DNA from: Candidatus Parcubacteria bacterium
GTDB lineage: Bacteria > Patescibacteriota > Microgenomatia > UBA12405
Length of the DNA: 64,000 nucleotides
Direction: 5' to 3'
Assembly: GCA_023396915.1 (NCBI GenBank)
Contig: JAEWUV010000002.1
Span: 151,705 to 215,704 of the forward strand
Every line of letters starts with the position of its first letter. The stretch's first letter is position 1. The notes beneath the pieces are model-generated. The model made no database searches. It saw only the letters and a program-made list of their open reading frames with translations, and was not told where the DNA came from. Both the position numbers and the translations under genes were made by a program. Positions 58,126 through 64,000 of the stretch are shown here, piece after piece.

Positions 58126-58197
58126 TCCAGCGGGTTGGAGTTGAACCAACTTACGACAGTTTTACAGACTGTTGCCTAACCGTCCGGCTCCCGCTGG
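58126..58197 (-). tRNA. tRNA-Tyr(GUA), apparently class I (short 5-nt variable loop)
   Basis: CCAGCGG acceptor paired with CCGCUGG, anticodon stem ACAGU/ACUGU with loop CUGUAAA, T arm GUUGG-UUCAACU-CCAAC, variable region CGUAA. Confidence 0.6.
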
Positions 58198-58259
58198 TTT
58201 TGGTGTGGAATGATTATAGCAAAATTAATCACTTTTTGGATTTTTGGTATGATGTAAGC

Positions 58260-58673
58260 ATGAAATTGTGCAGCGCATGTTTACTTGGGATTAATTGCCG
58301 ATATGATGGAGAAAGTAAGCCAAATGAAAAAGTAATTGAATTATCTAAAAAAGAAACTTTAATTCCGGTTTGTCCTGAGCAATTGGGAGGTTTGAGAACC
58401 CCTCGTGAAGCCAGTGAACAAAAAGACGGTAAAGTTTTTACTAAAACAGGAGTGGAAGTAACGACACAATTTAAAAAAGGGGCGGAGGAAGTTTTGAAAA
58501 CGGCAAAAAGATTGGGAATTAAAGAAGCGATTTTGAAACAGAGAAGTCCGTCTTGTGGTTGCGGACAAATTTATAACGGGAATTTTGATGGAACTATAAT
58601 AGAAGGAGACGGAGTTACTACAAAATTATTAAAAGAAAATGGTATTAAAGTAATTTCAGAGGAAGAATTATGA
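58260..58673 (+). CDS. DUF523 (YbbK / TudS-like, 2-thiouracil desulfidase family) protein
   Basis: MKLCSACLLGINCRYDG N-terminal signature plus a downstream Cys (SPSCGCG). Start likely at the MKLC Met. Confidence 0.65.
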   Translation: MKLCSACLLGINCRYDGESKPNEKVIELSKKETLIPVCPEQLGGLRTPREASEQKDGKVFTKTGVEVTTQFKKGAEEVLKTAKRLGIKEAILKQRSPSCGCGQIYNGNFDGTIIEGDGVTTKLLKENGIKVISEEEL

Positions 58674-59443
58674 AAATAAAATTAATTTCTTGGAATGTGG
58701 CGGGGATAAGGGCTGGAATTAGAAAAGGACTATGGCAAAAGATGAAAGAAATGAACGCTGATATTTATTGTTTCCAGGAAGCTAAGGCTAGGCCCGACCA
58801 AGTAGAAATTGGATTGGATTATCCAAGTGAATATAAAAGTTATTGGAATCCGGCCGAAAAAGCGGGCTATAGTGGGGTGGTAACTTTTAGCAAACTTGAG
58901 CCAAAGTCAGTAATTGTGGGCGACAGAGATAATGACTGGGATGATGAAGGTCGAGTGATTATTACTAAATTTGATGAATTTACTTTATTAAATGTCTACT
59001 TCCCTAACGGTAAGAGAGACAAAGGAAGACTTAAATATAAAATGGATTTTTATGAATATTTTTTGAGATACATTAATAATTTGCGGGATAAGGGCGAGAA
59101 AGTAATTTTTTGCGGCGATGTAAATACAGCTCATACAGAAATTGATTTGGCTCGACCAAAAGAAAACTCTAAAACTTCGGGATTTTTGGAAATTGAAAGA
59201 GCGTGGATTGATAAATTAATTAAAAATGGATGGGTAGATACATTTAGAATGTTTAATAAAAATGGCGGAAATTATAGTTGGTGGGATCAATTTACCCGGG
59301 CGAAAGAAAGAAATGTGGGTTGGAGAATTGATTACTTTTTTGTAGATAAAGGTTTAAAAAATCAAGTGAAATCGGCTTTTATAATGCCGGAGGTTGAAGG
59401 TTCTGACCATTGTCCTGTAGGAATTGAGTTAGAAATGAGGTAA
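58670..59443 (+). CDS. xth: Exodeoxyribonuclease III (AP endonuclease)
   Basis: MKIKLISWNVAGIRA...CFQEAK...GDVNTAHTEID...SDHCPV motifs. Confidence 0.9.
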   Translation: MKIKLISWNVAGIRAGIRKGLWQKMKEMNADIYCFQEAKARPDQVEIGLDYPSEYKSYWNPAEKAGYSGVVTFSKLEPKSVIVGDRDNDWDDEGRVIITKFDEFTLLNVYFPNGKRDKGRLKYKMDFYEYFLRYINNLRDKGEKVIFCGDVNTAHTEIDLARPKENSKTSGFLEIERAWIDKLIKNGWVDTFRMFNKNGGNYSWWDQFTRAKERNVGWRIDYFFVDKGLKNQVKSAFIMPEVEGSDHCPVGIELEMR

Positions 59444-59452
59444 GATAAGACT

Positions 59453-60952
59453 GTGGAGATTGATTATAATGAAAAGTTAAAATTACACGAGAAATGCGGC
59501 ATTTTTGCTATATGGGTAGATAAGCCACGAACACTTTTTTCCGAACTACTTTACGGAGGAATTGGGATACAAAACAGAGGTCAAAACGGAGCCGGAATGG
59601 TAGTTGGGGGAATGGGTTGTAAATATGTAGAACATAAAAATCAAGGCTTGATAAAAGATATTTTTGTCGGATCAGTAACTAAAAAATTTCAAACTGAAAA
59701 TAAATGGGGAATGGTTCAATGTCGATATGGGACTAATGGAAATTACTGTGCTGAAAATAATCAACCATGCACTGTTATTGCCAAAGACAAATCTAAAATT
59801 ACACTGGCTCATAACGGAGAGTTTGTAGGAGTGGAAGAATATAAGGACAACCCAGACGTGTCGGATACTAGAGTTTTTGTTAAATTTTTAGCTGAAGCTG
59901 ACGGTAAAGATTGGGATGAAAAAATAAAAAATACGGTAGAAAAAGTCCAAGGAGCTTTTAGTTTAGTAATTGGAGTTAATGATTCTTTGTATTTAATTCG
60001 AGACATTAATGGAATAAGACCATTAATAATAGGTAAAACAAATGATGGGTGGGCAGTAGCTTCGGAAACAACTGGATTTGTAAATATAGGGGTGGACTTA
60101 AAAAATATCCGCGAAATTAAACCGGGAGAGATAACTAAAATAAGCGATAACGGGGTGGAAGTAATAAAAACGGGAAACTACCAAAGAAAGGCTGAATGTA
60201 TTTTTGAATTTCCATATACAAGGTCCCCTTATTCTTTGTATTACGACAAAGATGGTGGCTGGAATTCGATTTATCAATTTAGGCAAAGATCGGGAATGTA
60301 TTTGGCCCAGCAATTTAAAAAGAGACACTTAAAAATAGATTTTGTCGTAGGAATTCCAGAATCGGGCATACCAATTGCTGAGGGATTTCATAATGAAATG
60401 AAAGTACCAATGAGTAACGTGATTATGAAAAAGCCGAGTCAATATTATCTTAATTTGCCGACCAGAACTTTTATGAACGATAAGGATATGGCCGGAATTC
60501 CAAAAACAGTTTTGCAAAAATTATCCTTTGTGCCGGACAGAAATATTTACAAAGGAAAGCGAATTGCCTGTGTAGATGATTCAGTGGTTAGGTCATCTAC
60601 TTCGAAAGTAATTGTAGAAACTTTGATGGAACTTGGGGCAAAATCGGTTGACTGGATTTCGGGTTTACCAATGGTGGTCAATAGTTGTCATTTGGGAATA
60701 AGTATTAGAACTAAAGAAGAATTGATTGCCTTTCAAAAAGGAAGAGACCCATCAGAAATTGCCAAAGCGATTGGGGTGAGAAGTATCACTTTTATTACAC
60801 CGGAAAATATTTTAAGAGCGGCCAACGGAGGAAGATTTATTAAACCAAAAAAAGGTGAGGATGTGTTTATGATTAATGGATTTTGCGGTGGATGTTTGGG
60901 TGGAGATTACCCGATAAGTAAAGACGGGGTTCCTTATTTAAAAAAGAAATAG
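59453..60952 (+). CDS. Amidophosphoribosyltransferase-like protein (class II glutamine amidotransferase + PRTase domains)
   Basis: Propeptide-like N-terminus ending ...HEKCGIFAIW (Ntn Cys). C-terminal PRTase motif RIACVDDSVVRSSTSK. Confidence 0.55.
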   Translation: MEIDYNEKLKLHEKCGIFAIWVDKPRTLFSELLYGGIGIQNRGQNGAGMVVGGMGCKYVEHKNQGLIKDIFVGSVTKKFQTENKWGMVQCRYGTNGNYCAENNQPCTVIAKDKSKITLAHNGEFVGVEEYKDNPDVSDTRVFVKFLAEADGKDWDEKIKNTVEKVQGAFSLVIGVNDSLYLIRDINGIRPLIIGKTNDGWAVASETTGFVNIGVDLKNIREIKPGEITKISDNGVEVIKTGNYQRKAECIFEFPYTRSPYSLYYDKDGGWNSIYQFRQRSGMYLAQQFKKRHLKIDFVVGIPESGIPIAEGFHNEMKVPMSNVIMKKPSQYYLNLPTRTFMNDKDMAGIPKTVLQKLSFVPDRNIYKGKRIACVDDSVVRSSTSKVIVETLMELGAKSVDWISGLPMVVNSCHLGISIRTKEELIAFQKGRDPSEIAKAIGVRSITFITPENILRAANGGRFIKPKKGEDVFMINGFCGGCLGGDYPISKDGVPYLKKK

Positions 60953-61630
60953 TTTAGTCCCCTCTTTTTTGAGCCAAAGATTATTTTTTTTACAATTCGG
61001 GTCGTAAATAGTTAGTTGATCCCAGAATTTTTTGGAATGGTTTTTTATTTTTAAGTGAGTTAGCTCGTGTAAAAGAATATGACGAAACTGTTCTGATGGG
61101 AAAAAGATAATTTGCCAATTAAAATTTAAATTCCCCCGAGAGGAACAAGAACCAAAACGGGATGATTGATTTCTGACGGTAACATTGTTGTAGTTAAATT
61201 TAAATTCTTTTTTTAAAAGAGTTAGTTCTTTTTTGATTAAAGAGAGAGCGAAGGGTCGAAGTTTTTTTTCTAAAACTTGGTTAATATGAGAGGCGGTATT
61301 TTTGGAAATATTGGCATAAATTTGCATTTTCTCCGGATAAATAACGACAGAATCGTGCAGAGTATTGATAAAAGTTAGTTGATAAGTTTGACCTAAAATA
61401 GAGAGAGCTTTTAGATTTTTAACTGGTTTTTTGGGAATGATTTTTTGGGAATTAGAGACAATCCAATTGGCATTTTTTTTGATAAATTGAGTGATAACAA
61501 AGTTTGGAGTCAGACGGGGGCAAGAAATAATAAAAGAATTAGATGATTTAAGTCTGAGTCTGAGGGAAGAAATAGTTTTTTTGACAACAGTGTAAGAAAA
61601 TTTTTTATTATTTAAGACAATAAAGCTCAT
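60938..61630 (-). CDS. YgjP-like (DUF45 / M48-type) metal-dependent hydrolase
   Basis: HILLHELTHLKIKNHSKKFW HExxH motif and overall YgjP size. Confidence 0.65.
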   Translation of the reverse strand: MSFIVLNNKKFSYTVVKKTISSLRLRLKSSNSFIISCPRLTPNFVITQFIKKNANWIVSNSQKIIPKKPVKNLKALSILGQTYQLTFINTLHDSVVIYPEKMQIYANISKNTASHINQVLEKKLRPFALSLIKKELTLLKKEFKFNYNNVTVRNQSSRFGSCSSRGNLNFNWQIIFFPSEQFRHILLHELTHLKIKNHSKKFWDQLTIYDPNCKKNNLWLKKEGTKLFLF

Positions 61631-61668
61631 CTTTATGTATTTTAAAGCAAAAATGATATATTTATATT

Positions 61669-62112
61669 ATGAGAAGTGTTTATGTCGGAGCAGATCATGG
61701 TGGTTTTGAGTTGAAGGATGTTATTGTGGAAGAATTAAGAAAAAAAGGAGTATCGGTAATTGATTTGGATGGTGAATATGATCCAGAGGATGATTATCCT
61801 GATATTGGATTTAAGGTTGCAGAAAGAGTGGCAAAAGAAAATGCTTTTGGAGTCTTAATATGTAGATCAAGTGCAGGGATTTGTATGGTAGCAAATAAAG
61901 TAAAAGGAATAAGGGCAGCTTCATGTTTGACTGAAGAACAAGCGAAATTAACCAGAGAACATAATGACGCTAATATTGTCTGTTTGTCTGGTGACCTAGT
62001 GAATATAGAGCTTAATTTAAAAATAGTAGATGTCTTTCTAAAGACACCTTTTTCGAATGAGGAAAGACATATGAGGAGGGTTCAAAAAATTATTAAATAT
62101 GAGAGTGCTTAG
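61669..62112 (+). CDS. rpiB: Ribose-5-phosphate isomerase B
   Basis: VYVGADHGGFELK and LICRSSAGICMVANK (catalytic Cys) motifs. 147 aa. Confidence 0.85.
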   Translation: MRSVYVGADHGGFELKDVIVEELRKKGVSVIDLDGEYDPEDDYPDIGFKVAERVAKENAFGVLICRSSAGICMVANKVKGIRAASCLTEEQAKLTREHNDANIVCLSGDLVNIELNLKIVDVFLKTPFSNEERHMRRVQKIIKYESA

Positions 62113-63124
62113 GTCAATAGAGGAAATAAAGGACGGTATAAATGTAGTTTTAAGGATGGATACTGATTTACCGTTTGACGGAGAAAAAGTTTTAGACAAT
62201 AGTCGGTTAAGAAAATCTGTTCCGACTATTAGGTATTTGCTGGATAAAAATTGCAAAATTGTAATACTGGGACATAGGGGCAGGCCAACCGGTCAAGACC
62301 CTTCCCTATCACTGAGACCAGTGTATGTAGAATTAATGGCTTTGCTTGAAAGTGATGGCCAAAATACGATTGAAAGTGTTTTTGTGGATGATATTAAAGA
62401 TGAACAAAAAATTGGTTTAGCTTTGTTAAATAATCAAATAATTTTTGTTGAAAACCTAAGGTTTTGGAATGAAGAAGATGTTGGAGACACTAGTTTATTT
62501 GAAGTTATTAAAAAACATGTTTTTGTTTTGGTTAATGATGCTTTTGCGGTGGCCCACAGAAAAAACGCTTCAATAATACTACACAGAGAAATGGAGACGT
62601 ATTATGGTTTTGATTTTGTGGAAGAAACAGAAAAAATAGGTAGAATTTTAGAAAACGAACAAAGGCCGATGACAGTAATTTTGGGTGGAGCTAAAGAAGA
62701 TAAAATGAAATATTTAACTGAATTAAGTCAAAAAGCTGATTATGTTTTGATTGGAGGAAAATTACCCCGACTTCGCCCTACGGGCTACGACGGGCAAAGC
62801 AAAATTATATGGGCGGGATTAAGAAGTGATGGGTTGGACCTAAGTGATGAAGATATAAGTAAATTTAATGAAATAATTAGTAGTTCAAATACTGTTATTT
62901 GGGCCGGTGCTATGGGATTATATGAGGAAGAAAATTCCCGCAATGGGACCCAAAAAATAGCTATGGCGGTGGCTAACTCCCCTGGTTATAAAGTGGTTGC
63001 CGGCGGGGATACCAGCGCTTCGATAAAAGACTTAGGGTTAAAAGATAAAATTGATTTTATTTGCAGTGGCGGCGGGGTAATGTTGGAAATGTTGGTTAAA
63101 GGTGATTTACCGGCTTGGACCTAG
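62099..63124 (+). CDS. pgk: Phosphoglycerate kinase (short form) with a small GC-rich in-frame insertion
   Basis: RMDTDLPF...LDNSRLRKSVPTIRYLL...IVILGHRGRPTG and a C-terminal GGDTSA...ICSGGGVMLE. The segment LPRLRPTGYDGQS is encoded by a GC-rich repeat-like sequence at about 62765-62800. Confidence 0.75.
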   Translation: MRVLRSIEEIKDGINVVLRMDTDLPFDGEKVLDNSRLRKSVPTIRYLLDKNCKIVILGHRGRPTGQDPSLSLRPVYVELMALLESDGQNTIESVFVDDIKDEQKIGLALLNNQIIFVENLRFWNEEDVGDTSLFEVIKKHVFVLVNDAFAVAHRKNASIILHREMETYYGFDFVEETEKIGRILENEQRPMTVILGGAKEDKMKYLTELSQKADYVLIGGKLPRLRPTGYDGQSKIIWAGLRSDGLDLSDEDISKFNEIISSSNTVIWAGAMGLYEEENSRNGTQKIAMAVANSPGYKVVAGGDTSASIKDLGLKDKIDFICSGGGVMLEMLVKGDLPAWT

Positions 63125-63156
63125 ATACTGGATTTTAGATGGTCTATGATTAATAT

Positions 63157-64000
63157 ATGAAGAAAAACAAAAAAATTGTAATCGGGATTAATGGTTTTGG
63201 GAGAATTGGAAGTGTAGTGTTAAGGGCGATATTGATGGAAAAATATGATGTAGAGGTGGGGGCGATTAATACTACCGGTGAGTTTGAGATTGAAAATCTG
63301 GCCTTACAGTTTAAATATGATTCAGTTTATGGAAGGTATCCGGCAAAAATTGGTTTTTCTGAAGCTAAAAAAGGCGGTGAAATAGGTAGATTGATAATCG
63401 GAAATAAAGAAATTCCTTTTTTGGGGGAAATGGATCCGACAAAAATCAAATGGAGAAATTATGGGGTTGATGTAGTTTTGGAATGTACTGGGGTATTTGC
63501 TAGCCTAAAGGCAGCAGGACATATGAAGGGTGGGGCTAAAAAAGTAATTATTTCAGCTCCTTCAAAAGACAAACAGGTGCCTATTTATATTTTAGGGGTA
63601 AATGATGAAAGGTATAAAGGAGAAAATTTGATTTCCAATGGTTCTTGCACTACTAATTGTGTAGCCCCGATTGTTAAATTAATTGATCAAAAGATTGGTT
63701 TTCAAGAAGGAACATTGACTACAATTCATGCCTATACTACCAATCAAAATATCGTTGATGGAAACGGGAAGGACCCGCGTAGAGCCAGAGCGGCGGCAAT
63801 TAATATAGTACCAACTACAACCGGTGCGGCTGAAGCAGTGGTAGCAGCTTATCCAGAGGCTGAAGGAAGATTTGGAGGAGTAGCAATCAGAGTTCCGGTT
63901 ATATGTGGTAGTTATTCTGATTTAACTTTTAAATTGGTTAGAAAAACGACAGTTGAGGAAATTAATTCTATTTTTGAAGAAGCCAGTGTCAGCCCTGAAT
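63157..64000 (+). CDS. gap: Glyceraldehyde-3-phosphate dehydrogenase (partial, continues past the window end)
   Basis: My own translation: IVIGINGFGRIGSVVLRA (NAD-binding) and SNGSCTTNCVAPIV (catalytic Cys). Not in the ORF track because it is open-ended. Confidence 0.85.
   Translation, partial: MKKNKKIVIGINGFGRIGSVVLRAILMEKYDVEVGAINTTGEFEIENLALQFKYDSVYGRYPAKIGFSEAKKGGEIGRLIIGNKEIPFLGEMDPTKIKWRNYGVDVVLECTGVFASLKAAGHMKGGAKKVIISAPSKDKQVPIYILGVNDERYKGENLISNGSCTTNCVAPIVKLIDQKIGFQEGTLTTIHAYTTNQNIVDGNGKDPRRARAAAINIVPTTTGAAEAVVAAYPEAEGRFGGVAIRVPVICGSYSDLTFKLVRKTTVEEINSIFEEASVSPE

Overview
Low-GC (roughly 35%) bacterial window. The gene content and organisation look like an uncultivated reduced-genome lineage (CPR/Patescibacteria-like); this is an inference, I cannot name the organism. 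Supporting points: an isolated 16S gene without 23S/5S, many small surface and membrane proteins, and T4SS-pilin-like small proteins.

Housekeeping genes I recognise:
- Minus strand: dnaG-rpoD operon, trpS, valS, recF, uppS, rnhA, smpB.
- Plus strand: rplY/ctc, a tsaC-tsaE fusion plus tsaD, tpiA, xth, a purF-like gene, rpiB-pgk-gap.

RNA genes: 16S rRNA (minus strand, about 54471..55962) with a flanking processing stem; tmRNA (ssrA) next to smpB; five tRNAs.

Striking points:
1. A tRNA-Asn(GUU) is split by a roughly 219-nt group I intron carrying the canonical R and S core elements.
2. Next to that tRNA sits a 932-aa protein with an N-terminal PD-(D/E)xK nuclease motif fused to a STAND/NACHT-like P-loop NTPase (Avs-like antiphage architecture), with a ParD/RelE-type toxin-antitoxin pair nearby.
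3. A tyrosine-recombinase / VirB4-like ATPase / tRNA cluster looks like an integrative element, and T4SS-pilin-like genes occur elsewhere.
4. Most notable: a family of short GC-rich palindromic repeats in at least four subtypes, with more than 20 copies. They lie in intergenic regions, in 5' and 3' ends of ORFs, and in frame inside essential genes (valS, tsaD, tsaC-tsaE, pgk), reminiscent of Rickettsia palindromic elements (RPEs).
5. A four-helix-bundle gene sits as a cassette between perfect 13-bp inverted repeats.

Many listed ORFs start at GTG/TTG or begin inside repeats. I adjusted the starts of trpS, dnaG, ridA, the thermonuclease, rnhA, comFC and the DUF523 gene.
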